A DNA stretch of 64,000 nt from a virus: the IMG/VR virus record IMGVR_UViG_3300017755_003154, positions 20,064 through 84,063 of that record; one strand, given 5' to 3'. Both the position numbers and the translations under genes were made by a program. Below the pieces are notes generated by a model. The model did no database searches, was not told the DNA's origin, and saw nothing but the letters and a program-made list of their open reading frames with translations. Below, piece after piece: positions 1 through 9,062 of this stretch. How positions within the stretch are numbered: the stretch's first letter is position 1; the number at the start of each line of letters is the position of its first letter.

Positions 1-1
1 C

Positions 2-949
2 TTGTGTATTAAGTATATTTCTAATATTACTATCTGTATTGTATGGCGATATTTCAGAATTTTCTGGTTTAAGGTCTTGATCAGTATATACAGGAATGCC
101 AAGTTTAGCACATTGGTGAATTAGATCAGCAATATTTGTAGTATTGTAGAAAGAAGCAACTAAAGCAACCATTAGATCAATAGTTGGATATTCTGTCAAC
201 GATTTAAGATTAGCATAAACTTTAGGCCAAGAAGCATTATGTCTAATATAATCATAAACTTTACCTGTACCATCAATACTCAACAATAATTTTACTTTCT
301 TAAATTTTAGAAGTTTTTGAATTAATGGTTTGTTAAATTTTGTACCGTTAGTTGTAAGTTGAATTTCTAATCCGTTAGCATAATTATTATCAATTATCCA
401 ATCAAGTAACCCCATAAAATATTTACAAGCAGTAGGTTCACCTCCTGTAACTTTCCATAATTCTAATCCTTCTTTAACAAGTTTTTTTGTCCATTTTACT
501 TTTCTTAAACTTTCATCTTCTGTTACTTCTGCCCAACCACTAGCAATCCATGATGGAAATTCAGTTTGATCTTTATACAACTCTTCTAATTGATCGCTAT
601 CTGAAGGTTTACACATTCTACATGCAAGATTACATTTATTGCTATATGCAATATCAAGATATTTAATTTTTATTTCTTCTGTATATCCAAATCTTTCAAG
701 TGCTAGTTGTCTATGACTTACCGTATTTCTTTCTTCTTGTACTTTACATTTTTTACAAATTAAGGGCCAGTGTCCGTCTTTCATTTGTTGACGCATTATA
801 TCGTACATACGTGTTTTCAGACCTTTTTCGTAGTTCGCAAACCGCCAAGAGTTTTCTTTTTCAAATACATGACAACAAGGTGTAGGATGTCCTGTAGACC
901 CTATATATTGATGCATGTAAGGTAAAGGACAATATGTTTTAGATGTCAT
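2..949 (-). CDS. Radical SAM protein with N-terminal twitch/SPASM-like Cys cluster (3' end truncated by the window edge; missing from the ORF track)
   Basis: Hand translation from ATG at 949: MTSKTYCPLPYMHQY...PCCH...ICKKC...YLDIAYSNKCNLACRMC...VTGGEP. Contains CxxxCxxC and GGEP; the start overlaps the stop of 939..2351. Confidence 0.85.
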   Translation of the reverse strand, partial: MTSKTYCPLPYMHQYIGSTGHPTPCCHVFEKENSWRFANYEKGLKTRMYDIMRQQMKDGHWPLICKKCKVQEERNTVSHRQLALERFGYTEEIKIKYLDIAYSNKCNLACRMCKPSDSDQLEELYKDQTEFPSWIASGWAEVTEDESLRKVKWTKKLVKEGLELWKVTGGEPTACKYFMGLLDWIIDNNYANGLEIQLTTNGTKFNKPLIQKLLKFKKVKLLLSIDGTGKVYDYIRHNASWPKVYANLKSLTEYPTIDLMVALVASFYNTTNIADLIHQCAKLGIPVYTDQDLKPENSEISPYNTDSNIRNILNTQ

Positions 950-2351
950 TAAAAATGTCCTTCATTTCTGGAAATGTTTCTGCGAAGGAAATACTACGTT
1001 GCGTGTCACACAAAGTTAAAAATTCTTTCATCTCTGGTAATCGTCTAGACCAGTCTTCACTTTCCATAAATTGTAGCATACCATTTAGTCTGCTGATGCC
1101 ATAACTAGCATTACGCCATTTATCGTAATCAACTTTACCTTTATGCCAACTAGGTACTCCTTTTTCCCAATTTGCTTCCCACCACGGATACCATGCTTCG
1201 TATTTTTTTCTGCATTTTTCTTTAAACCATTTAGGCAAAATTTTAACATTAAGATGTGGTGGATGATAAACAAAATGATAATTTATTGCTCCTGCTCCAA
1301 ACGGCCACATATTAATTTTTTTAAAACCTTGTTCTAGTTTCCATTGAATAAAATCTGGCAAGTAATATATGTTTAGTGCTTGTACTGCACAAGCAACTGT
1401 TACTTCTGTGTTGTTAGGTGTTTCGTTATCTAGTATATGAAACACTTCTTCTTGACGTTTCCAATTACTAGGGTAGCGAATATAATCGTTCATTTCTTTA
1501 ATACTATCAATTGAATAATGAAAACGCACTAGTTTAAATTCTTTCCATAAGTCAAACAAGTCATCACGCCATTCAACACCATTTGAATTATAACGTAATT
1601 CTAAATCTTTTGCATAACCCATTTTAATTGCATGTTCAAGTATTTCGTAGTGTTCTTCAATAATAAGACTTTCACCGCCTGCAAAATATATTTGTTGCAT
1701 ACTTGGCATTTGCTCATAAAACTGTTTCCAAAATGTAGGATTTTGTTTGTGCCAATTGTAACTACTGCCGTTAAAACTTCCTTTGTCTTTCCATTGCATT
1801 GTTTCTTTTAGGCTTTCATCTTGCACTGCTGGAAAAATTGCTTTGTAATCTTTTATCCAACCACTTGAATCGTGTGGTGAACACATAACACAAGCAAGTT
1901 GACATTTGGTTCCAAAACGTAAATCAATATATGCTAATTGTGGAGGTACTGATCCATCTTCTTTTGTATCTGCAACAATTTTGTCAACATCAACTCTTTG
2001 AGCCCAATACGCTGTTTCCCACATACGCTTTGAATTATGGCCTGCGGCTTCTTCCTTGTAACACTTAATACAACTTGGAGGCATTTCACCATTAAGCATT
2101 TGCTTACGCACATTCTTCATATATGTACTGTTCCACGCTGTTTCAAAGTCACTAACATTTAAGTTGTTAGGTCTTCCTTGTTCATCTTTTAATATGCCAA
2201 CTTGTCCTCCATGTTCTTTATCATTTGTAGGACCAACTGAACTTGCATTTGCTGTACAGCATACTCGCATACTACCGTCAGGTCTAGTACTTAAATGTAC
2301 CCAAGGTAGTAAGCAGAATGTTTCTGAGGGATATTTTGTTTTTTCTGTCAT
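939..2351 (-). CDS. Radical SAM protein, N-terminal twitch/SPASM-like domain
   Basis: FCLLPW..RVCC..SCIKC N-terminal Cys set; KCQLACVMC (CxxxCxxC); FAGGES; YNSNG; SIDS..NDYIRYPSNW. Confidence 0.9.
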   Translation of the reverse strand: MTEKTKYPSETFCLLPWVHLSTRPDGSMRVCCTANASSVGPTNDKEHGGQVGILKDEQGRPNNLNVSDFETAWNSTYMKNVRKQMLNGEMPPSCIKCYKEEAAGHNSKRMWETAYWAQRVDVDKIVADTKEDGSVPPQLAYIDLRFGTKCQLACVMCSPHDSSGWIKDYKAIFPAVQDESLKETMQWKDKGSFNGSSYNWHKQNPTFWKQFYEQMPSMQQIYFAGGESLIIEEHYEILEHAIKMGYAKDLELRYNSNGVEWRDDLFDLWKEFKLVRFHYSIDSIKEMNDYIRYPSNWKRQEEVFHILDNETPNNTEVTVACAVQALNIYYLPDFIQWKLEQGFKKINMWPFGAGAINYHFVYHPPHLNVKILPKWFKEKCRKKYEAWYPWWEANWEKGVPSWHKGKVDYDKWRNASYGISRLNGMLQFMESEDWSRRLPEMKEFLTLCDTQRSISFAETFPEMKDIFNDI

Positions 2352-2362
2352 TATATATGTAC

Positions 2363-3424
2363 TTATCTCATGGTTTCTTCATGTATCTGATTGTTGATAG
2401 TGCTAATAATATTTTGTTTACAATGGTGTACACACTTATCAAATATTTCTGTTTGTATTGTATCATGTAAATTACTGTACCAAGGTGAGTCTAAAATTTC
2501 CTGAAAGTTTTTTCCGTTACCAAGGTGAATGTCTTTAAAATTGTATTTTTTATTATAGGTCTTTTCTAAATCTGTTATATGTGCTTCTGTACCCCACCAA
2601 CAGCAAGGAAGCACTGCTCCTTTTACTGTTATATACAATCCTGAATCTAATCCAAAGTAATCTGGTCTTTGAAGTGCTTTACATACAATTTTCTTTGTTG
2701 TTTTCTTTGTATCTAATTCATGTTTGCCTGTGCCTGGAGTTACAATCTTATGTATTCTTGACTTTGTGCCTCTAAATTTTATACGCTCAAATCCTTCATC
2801 AATACTCCGTTGCCTTGCTAGTTCATCTTGATGTTCGTTGTGTTTAAAATATATAAACTGCCAACTTGCTCTACCGCCTGCGGCAATGTATGTTCTAAAA
2901 TTTTCTTGTAGTTTATTCCAGTCTACATTTCTTCTATATAAATGATTAGTGTCTTCTAATCCATCAATACCAAAAATTACATTCAATCGTTGTATTGTTC
3001 CTGGATTTGTAGTGCCGCGCCGAGGTGCTTTTAAATATTGATATTTGTCGGCAAGTTTTCCTAGTTTCCTCCAAAAATCTTTATTCCTTGTACCACCATT
3101 AGTAGCAATGTTAACTTGTAATTGCCGACTAAATATTCCGCTTTCAAAAATCCATTCAATAATATCTAAAAGGTGAGGATTTGTAGTTGGTTCGTCATAG
3201 TTACCGCAAAAATCAATTAGTCTTAGACTCCAAAAAAAGTCTCCGTTGTCAAACCATTTTTTAAATGTTTCTAAACTTACATATGTGTCGTTAATTCCAA
3301 TATGTTGTTTGTCATCTTTTGTTATGCTTTTTTCTCTCGCACACGCCGGGCACCTAGCATTACAATAGTTGCTTATTTCTAATTGTATTTTTTTAACTTC
3401 TTTTATATTAGCAGGCCAACTCAT
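2363..3424 (-). CDS. Radical SAM protein, C-terminal SPASM/twitch domain
   Basis: YCNARCPAC; FCGNYDEP; ATNGG; FGIDGLEDTNHLYR; WQFIYFKHNEHQ; C-terminal C..G..LPCC..C..HC. Confidence 0.9.
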   Translation of the reverse strand: MSWPANIKEVKKIQLEISNYCNARCPACAREKSITKDDKQHIGINDTYVSLETFKKWFDNGDFFWSLRLIDFCGNYDEPTTNPHLLDIIEWIFESGIFSRQLQVNIATNGGTRNKDFWRKLGKLADKYQYLKAPRRGTTNPGTIQRLNVIFGIDGLEDTNHLYRRNVDWNKLQENFRTYIAAGGRASWQFIYFKHNEHQDELARQRSIDEGFERIKFRGTKSRIHKIVTPGTGKHELDTKKTTKKIVCKALQRPDYFGLDSGLYITVKGAVLPCCWWGTEAHITDLEKTYNKKYNFKDIHLGNGKNFQEILDSPWYSNLHDTIQTEIFDKCVHHCKQNIISTINNQIHEETMR

Positions 3425-4092
3425 TTATATCTTCCGAATCCCCAGTACCTTTCTCGGCACCACCAACACTCTTCGCAATGTTTTTCTATATTATATTTTT
3501 CATGTTTTTCCCATGCTTCGCAACTACGAGTAATTGGAAATAATGTATCCATAACTCCTAGTGTATTATAAAGTTCTGCAACACCCTTCTTATCAATATT
3601 AACTAATGGATTTCTTGTTAGCCTATTTTTAGTAGGAAATTTTTTTCCATTCCTGTTATCTGATGGACCTGTATGCGGTAACCATTGTCTATATATTTTT
3701 TTAGGAGGATTAGAAGTAATGCCACTATATATAATCTTTGCTGGCGTATTAGCCCTTGTTTCATCAACCAATGTATCTTGTGACGAAACATACTTGTTCA
3801 ATTGGCTTGCATGACTTGTTTGATGTTCTACAAATATATCTCCAAACTCGTTTTTTAAAAATTCTAGTACACGTTTAGCATATATTAATTGATATTGTTT
3901 CCCTGCAAGTGTAGTTGTAATAGGCATAATCTTAATATCAGGTCTTTCTTCTACAACAAATTTTGATAACATATAACCAACAATAGCACTATCAGCGCCT
4001 CCGGAAACTTTATATCCTAAAGTTGTTGTTGATTCGTCTTCGACTATGTGTATATCTTGTTGGCTATTTTTAATAATCATAATTTTATACAC
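3421..4092 (-). CDS. QueC-like PP-loop ATP pyrophosphatase
   Basis: VSGGADS PP-loop; C-terminal TRSC..HCEECWWCRER Zn-site pattern as in the QueC family. Confidence 0.7.
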   Translation of the reverse strand: MYKIMIIKNSQQDIHIVEDESTTTLGYKVSGGADSAIVGYMLSKFVVEERPDIKIMPITTTLAGKQYQLIYAKRVLEFLKNEFGDIFVEHQTSHASQLNKYVSSQDTLVDETRANTPAKIIYSGITSNPPKKIYRQWLPHTGPSDNRNGKKFPTKNRLTRNPLVNIDKKGVAELYNTLGVMDTLFPITRSCEAWEKHEKYNIEKHCEECWWCRERYWGFGRYK

Positions 4093-4649
4093 TCCACGTT
4101 AGTATATTTTTGGATTATATCACATCTACCTTGTATCCTGTATAATCCAAATTTAATATATAAAATATCTCCACAATTAATTCTTCTTGTTGATCCTATG
4201 TAATCATGGTTAATATAGTAGTCAACGTTTATTGATTTATTATTAGTATATTCTACGTCTGCTTTTAAATTAAATTTTAATTCTGCTGGTACTGGATTGT
4301 GATCTTTTATAGCAGGAAACGAATTAATATTAAAATGTCCGTTTACAATGTTAAGCATACTAGGAGGTATTCCGGGATCATCACACCCATCATGTATTTG
4401 GAATACTGTAGCCCGGTGAGCATGAAATACTATGGGTGTTATAAATTCTACATCTGCTGAAAAATGATACTTACCAATTGCTAACTTACGTGTTGTTACT
4501 TCGTTACGCTCTTTATAGTCTGCTATTTTTATACCACGCTCGTATTGAGGTTTATCATCTGTGTCTACAGTACCTTTTGCGTTTCTAAAAACATATGTAT
4601 TGCCATCCTGCTCATATGTGCTGGACCATACTGGAAAAAAGTCTATCAT
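4077..4649 (-). CDS. Polysaccharide-lyase-like beta-jelly-roll protein
   Basis: RNE, FQIHD and YIKFGLYR motifs resemble the RxE / QIH / YFKxGxY motifs of PL7-type and heparin-lyase-I-like jelly-roll lyases. Confidence 0.55.
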   Translation of the reverse strand: MIDFFPVWSSTYEQDGNTYVFRNAKGTVDTDDKPQYERGIKIADYKERNEVTTRKLAIGKYHFSADVEFITPIVFHAHRATVFQIHDGCDDPGIPPSMLNIVNGHFNINSFPAIKDHNPVPAELKFNLKADVEYTNNKSINVDYYINHDYIGSTRRINCGDILYIKFGLYRIQGRCDIIQKYTNVECIKL

Positions 4650-5614
4650 AATTTCTCCTTAACAAATTTATCTCTTATCTTTTCTGCACAAGTACTTTCA
4701 CACTTAGGAATACGCACATCGTCAGTCCAACTGTCTTTGATACCATTCCAAACTTTACTATTCATTGCTTGATCTAAAGTTACATTTTTAAGATTGATAT
4801 CATACATGTAATCATGCTGTGTAAGTAAATCTTCAAACTTATCTTTATGCTTACCACTAACAGGAAATTCTAACATTTTGCTATTCAAATGACAGCATGG
4901 AATAACATTACCCATATGATTTACAAATATACGTTTTTGATTTGCGTACTTACAACTAATACATGCACGTTCTCCAGGATTACGATCTGCTTTTGCTCTT
5001 TTATGTTTAACTTCTTTAGTATCTTTACGATGACTAATAATAGTTTTGAAATCTCTGAAGCCTTCGTCTTTAGCCATTTGCTTTGCAGTTTCTAGTTGAT
5101 GTTCGTTATGTTCAAAACTAATAAACTGCCAAACACTTTGTCCGCCAGCGGCAATAAACGCCTTAAAATTTTGTTGTACTTTCTTAAAACTTGAACCTTC
5201 TCTGTATACTTCTGATAGTTCATCACTTCCGTCAATACCCCAAGTCACTCTATGACTGCATGTTAATTCTTTTGCTAGTTTTTCCCACCACGCTGTAGTG
5301 CGTAAACTTCCATTAGTAGCAATATTAATATGACATCCCCAACTAGCAAAGTGTTTAATAATTTCATGGAACTGAGGATGACTGCACGGTTCGTCTACAC
5401 TGCCACAAAAATTAATAATCTTCATATTTGGAAACATATGTTTTTGGAACTTTTCTTTTATAGTATCCAAGTCAAGATATGTTTTATTAAGTATGTCGTC
5501 TTTATAATCTGATAGCACACGAAAACAGCCTTTGCATTTAATATTACAAAAACTTGTAAGTTCGATATCAATCCATTCTAATGTTTCACTTGACCATGTC
5601 ATTCGAAGCACCAT
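4646..5614 (-). CDS. Radical SAM protein, C-terminal SPASM/twitch (likely start ATG 5602)
   Basis: FCNIKCKGC; FCGSVDEP; WGIDGS; WQFISFEHNEHQ; GNVIPCC..KCESTC. ATG at 5602 forms an ATGA overlap with the upstream stop. Confidence 0.9.
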   Translation of the reverse strand: MVLRMTWSSETLEWIDIELTSFCNIKCKGCFRVLSDYKDDILNKTYLDLDTIKEKFQKHMFPNMKIINFCGSVDEPCSHPQFHEIIKHFASWGCHINIATNGSLRTTAWWEKLAKELTCSHRVTWGIDGSDELSEVYREGSSFKKVQQNFKAFIAAGGQSVWQFISFEHNEHQLETAKQMAKDEGFRDFKTIISHRKDTKEVKHKRAKADRNPGERACISCKYANQKRIFVNHMGNVIPCCHLNSKMLEFPVSGKHKDKFEDLLTQHDYMYDINLKNVTLDQAMNSKVWNGIKDSWTDDVRIPKCESTCAEKIRDKFVKEKL

Positions 5615-6687
5615 CCTATTATTTTTTTACTATCTGTTTTACGTTTTACATCTAAGTCTAATAAAAATTGTTGCATCTTTTTATTATATTCATCGTCATA
5701 TGCGTAGTCGCTACAAAAATGTTTTAACTCAGGTACAGTAGTAGTTTCTAAAACTTTTTCTACAACACTTGGTTTTAAACAGTTAATTCTCAAATGGCGA
5801 GGAGCATGAAGTTTATGTATATCATATCTGCCATTCCATCTATCTTTAATATTACTAACAAGAGTATCAATGTTAGGTAAATTCATTGCTTGTACAGTTA
5901 TATTAAAGTATATGTCTTCAGTATCAAGTTGCATTAATTCATCTGTTTGTTCTATAAAAGTATTATGATTAGTAGGAAATCTAATTAATTCATTTACATC
6001 ACCCCAACCATCTATACTCATACTAAATTCTAATCTTTTAAACTTTGATAAAATATTTAAAAATTTTGGAGTATTACTTATACCGTTAGTTTGAATCTGT
6101 ATCCTAGTATTTTCACAATTCCATTTGTGCTTAGATAAGTCACCTAAAAATTTATGTACATTTTTCATATAAAAAGGTTCGCCACCTGCTATATAAATGT
6201 ATTCTGCCTTATCTACAACTTTTGTATAGACCCAATCCCAGTCAATATCTTCTCGTACTCTTCCAATATCTCTTAATTTATAATTATACTTCTGCCATAT
6301 TTCTGCATCTTCCATCCATTTGCTACTATTTGCAGGATTGCACATTGCACATTTTAAATTACATGTGTTACTAGGTCTTAGATCCCATCTAATAATACCT
6401 TTGTCAAAACCTTTTTGTAAACTACGCTTTCGTTTGCTTTCTTTGCCTAGTTCTTCATTCCTTATGCAATCTATACACTCTGGACGTTTCCAGTTTGTAG
6501 CAAATTTTTGTCTTATAGCATTAATATAAGGATTAGATAATAAGTCTTCAATATTTTTTACACCAGTTACCTCATCATTTTTAAAGAGACAACATGGTTG
6601 TGCATTATATCCTTGGTCAGTGAGTTCTACATATAAACTATTCACTGATTCTAAGCACTTATATTGCTTCAACTTTTTCATTTTCAT
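5599..6687 (-). CDS. Radical SAM protein, N-terminal twitch/SPASM-like domain
   Basis: YKC..QPCC..ECIDC; TCNLKCAMC; IAGGEPF; QTNG; SIDG..NELIRFP. Confidence 0.9.
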   Translation of the reverse strand: MKMKKLKQYKCLESVNSLYVELTDQGYNAQPCCLFKNDEVTGVKNIEDLLSNPYINAIRQKFATNWKRPECIDCIRNEELGKESKRKRSLQKGFDKGIIRWDLRPSNTCNLKCAMCNPANSSKWMEDAEIWQKYNYKLRDIGRVREDIDWDWVYTKVVDKAEYIYIAGGEPFYMKNVHKFLGDLSKHKWNCENTRIQIQTNGISNTPKFLNILSKFKRLEFSMSIDGWGDVNELIRFPTNHNTFIEQTDELMQLDTEDIYFNITVQAMNLPNIDTLVSNIKDRWNGRYDIHKLHAPRHLRINCLKPSVVEKVLETTTVPELKHFCSDYAYDDEYNKKMQQFLLDLDVKRKTDSKKIIGWCFE

Positions 6688-7765
6688 CTCTTATTTCGTT
6701 ATGATAGGCTTTATTGTAAGCACAAGTTCTAATACATCTTTTTAAATGCTTTGGATGAGTTGGATTCCAACTGTCTCCAAGGATTTTTTTATACCAAGGA
6801 TGTTGCATAATTTCAGTTATACTTTTATCTTTAAGACTATTCCAACCAGTACCGTATTCAGCAAGTTTTTCATTTATATTATCGTTACCCTTTGCCGCCC
6901 AGTCGCTTAAAAAACAACAAGGCCACATTGTTAAGTTAGCCGCAATAAATATTTCTCCTTCGTGTATATATTTGCATTGTATTGTTTGTAATACTTCTAC
7001 TGTTTCTTTTTCTGTTTTATTTTCTTTAGCAATAAACTTATCAAGTTCTTTCACTTGTTCTACTTTACTGTGTTCTTTTTTTCCTGTAGTAGTAATAACC
7101 TTTTCTGTAGTGACAACTTTCTTTTGCTTATGATCTTTCTTTTTAATTTTAGCCGTCCATTGATGGAAACTATTACGCATACCTGTACGAGTTGCAAAAT
7201 TAAATCCTAAACGTTTTGCATGTTCTCTTGCCGCTTCAAGTTCATGTTCATTATGATCAAAAACAATAAACACCCACTTCGCTCGATATACATATTCGCC
7301 TACAGTTTCTACAAAAGCATTCATATTTCTTTCTAATACTTTCCATTTTGTGTTTACTCTGTAAATATGATTAGTTTGTTCATGCCCGTCTATACACCAA
7401 TGTAAATGAAACCGCTTTTCGTGGTCGTGACAAAGTTGCCCTATTTTACGCCACATGTCTGCTGTGCCGACTGCACCATTAGTACTGATGCTACACACTG
7501 CTCCACACAATAATAGATATTCTAGCATTTCAGCAAACTCAGGATGTATTGCAGGATCTCCTAATACCCCACAAAATTTAAATTCTACTCCTTGATAACT
7601 ATTAGGTGGAAAAATTCTTTTTAGATCAGCAAAACTAAAGTCTTGTACTTTAAGTGTTCCGTCAATAGCGGCATCAGTTCTTGCACAACCAGGGCAAGCC
7701 GCATTGCAGTTACTTGTAATTTCTAATTCTACTTTTTTTAAATCAGAAATATCTGTTAAAATCAT
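6659..7765 (-). CDS. Radical SAM protein, C-terminal SPASM/twitch
   Basis: NCNAACPGC; FCGVLGDP; STNG; WCIDG..NHIYR; WVFIVFDHNEHE; MWPCC..RCIRTC. Confidence 0.9.
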   Translation of the reverse strand: MILTDISDLKKVELEITSNCNAACPGCARTDAAIDGTLKVQDFSFADLKRIFPPNSYQGVEFKFCGVLGDPAIHPEFAEMLEYLLLCGAVCSISTNGAVGTADMWRKIGQLCHDHEKRFHLHWCIDGHEQTNHIYRVNTKWKVLERNMNAFVETVGEYVYRAKWVFIVFDHNEHELEAAREHAKRLGFNFATRTGMRNSFHQWTAKIKKKDHKQKKVVTTEKVITTTGKKEHSKVEQVKELDKFIAKENKTEKETVEVLQTIQCKYIHEGEIFIAANLTMWPCCFLSDWAAKGNDNINEKLAEYGTGWNSLKDKSITEIMQHPWYKKILGDSWNPTHPKHLKRCIRTCAYNKAYHNEIRDENEKVEAI

Positions 7766-8844
7766 TTAAACTGCTCCGCATACGGATCAAATTCGCTACC
7801 ACATTTTTGGGCGCAAACGCCTAATTTACCATCGGCAATACTATCTTTTTGCCAACTTGTAGTAATACTATTGATCAATTTTCCGTTAACCACGTGTTTA
7901 ATGTCGTTATCAATAATACTTATGCCATCCTTGCCGCCAGCACTATCTATATGATCCCATACTTGTTCTACACGAGGATCAGCATGCCACCATTTGTACA
8001 TGCGTCCAGCAGTCCAACAACATGGCATTAATAATCCTTCTGCTGTTACAAATATGCTTCCTTGCTTTGCCACCTTACAAGTTATACTACACTTATCTAA
8101 ATAATCTTTCATACTTCCGTAAGATTTTTCAATTTCTTTTTGTTTTAATAATGCTAAATTTTTATTCTTTTCATCTTTAGGCTGTGCTAGATTTTGTGTT
8201 TCAGCACCTTTTCGATTTACTGCTTGGTGTGATGTTTTAGGTTTGATATCACTTGTAATAAATCTACCTGATTTTTTCTTAATAAACTTTTCACACCCCC
8301 ATTGATTAGCAAGTGCTTCTGCTTCTTCAACTTGATGTTCGTTGTGTTGAAATATTAAAAAGTCCCAACGGGCTCTACCGCCTGCGTCAATAAATGCTTG
8401 CATGTTTCTTTCAACGTTATTCCATACAACATTTTGTCTATACAAATGATTAGTATCACGTAATCCGTCAACACTAAAAATTACTGCTCCTCTACGTCCT
8501 ATTACTTGTGCTAATCTTGCCCACCAGTAAATATCTTTAGCACCTGCATTAGTATTCATACTAAGCCACATATTAGGATTATGTTCTCTAAAATATTCAA
8601 ATACTTCTAATGTATCTCGTGCAACAATAGGATCTCCTAAGTTACCACACATATACATTACATTTAATTGCTTAATAAAGTCAGGACTAAACATACGCTT
8701 TGCATCTGCTAAACTAAGTTCAGCATTTGTTATGTGAGGATTATCTGCGCCACCATTCATATTACGGTCGCACATAGGACAAGCCGCTTGACACTTCTGC
8801 GTAATTTCTAAGTGTACTTCTTTTATGTCTTCGTATCTATACAT
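7762..8844 (-). CDS. Radical SAM protein, C-terminal SPASM/twitch
   Basis: KCQAACPMC; MCGNLGDP; FSVDGLRDTNHLYR; WDFLIFQHNEHQ; LMPCCW..VCAQKC. Confidence 0.9.
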   Translation of the reverse strand: MYRYEDIKEVHLEITQKCQAACPMCDRNMNGGADNPHITNAELSLADAKRMFSPDFIKQLNVMYMCGNLGDPIVARDTLEVFEYFREHNPNMWLSMNTNAGAKDIYWWARLAQVIGRRGAVIFSVDGLRDTNHLYRQNVVWNNVERNMQAFIDAGGRARWDFLIFQHNEHQVEEAEALANQWGCEKFIKKKSGRFITSDIKPKTSHQAVNRKGAETQNLAQPKDEKNKNLALLKQKEIEKSYGSMKDYLDKCSITCKVAKQGSIFVTAEGLLMPCCWTAGRMYKWWHADPRVEQVWDHIDSAGGKDGISIIDNDIKHVVNGKLINSITTSWQKDSIADGKLGVCAQKCGSEFDPYAEQFK

Positions 8845-9062
8845 TCGATTACTAGTTTAACATCCTTTCCTGGACCTGTTTCGCTTGGAAGTCCTCCGTA
8901 TGTATTTACATACCAATCAATCACAGCCGCATACCAATTTTGGCTGTTATGATGTGCTTGTTTGTTAAACTGATAAATGTTATTATTAGTTGCTTCCATA
9001 CAACTCAAGGCTCTAGCACTTTCAGTTTGTAGTTGCCTAAGTGTTAGTTTACTTGTATCCAA
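8823..9062 (-). CDS. Small hypothetical protein (79 aa)
   Basis: ATG start; overlaps both neighbours in the same operon orientation. Confidence 0.7.
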   Translation of the reverse strand: MDTSKLTLRQLQTESARALSCMEATNNNIYQFNKQAHHNSQNWYAAVIDWYVNTYGGLPSETGPGKDVKLVIECIDTKT

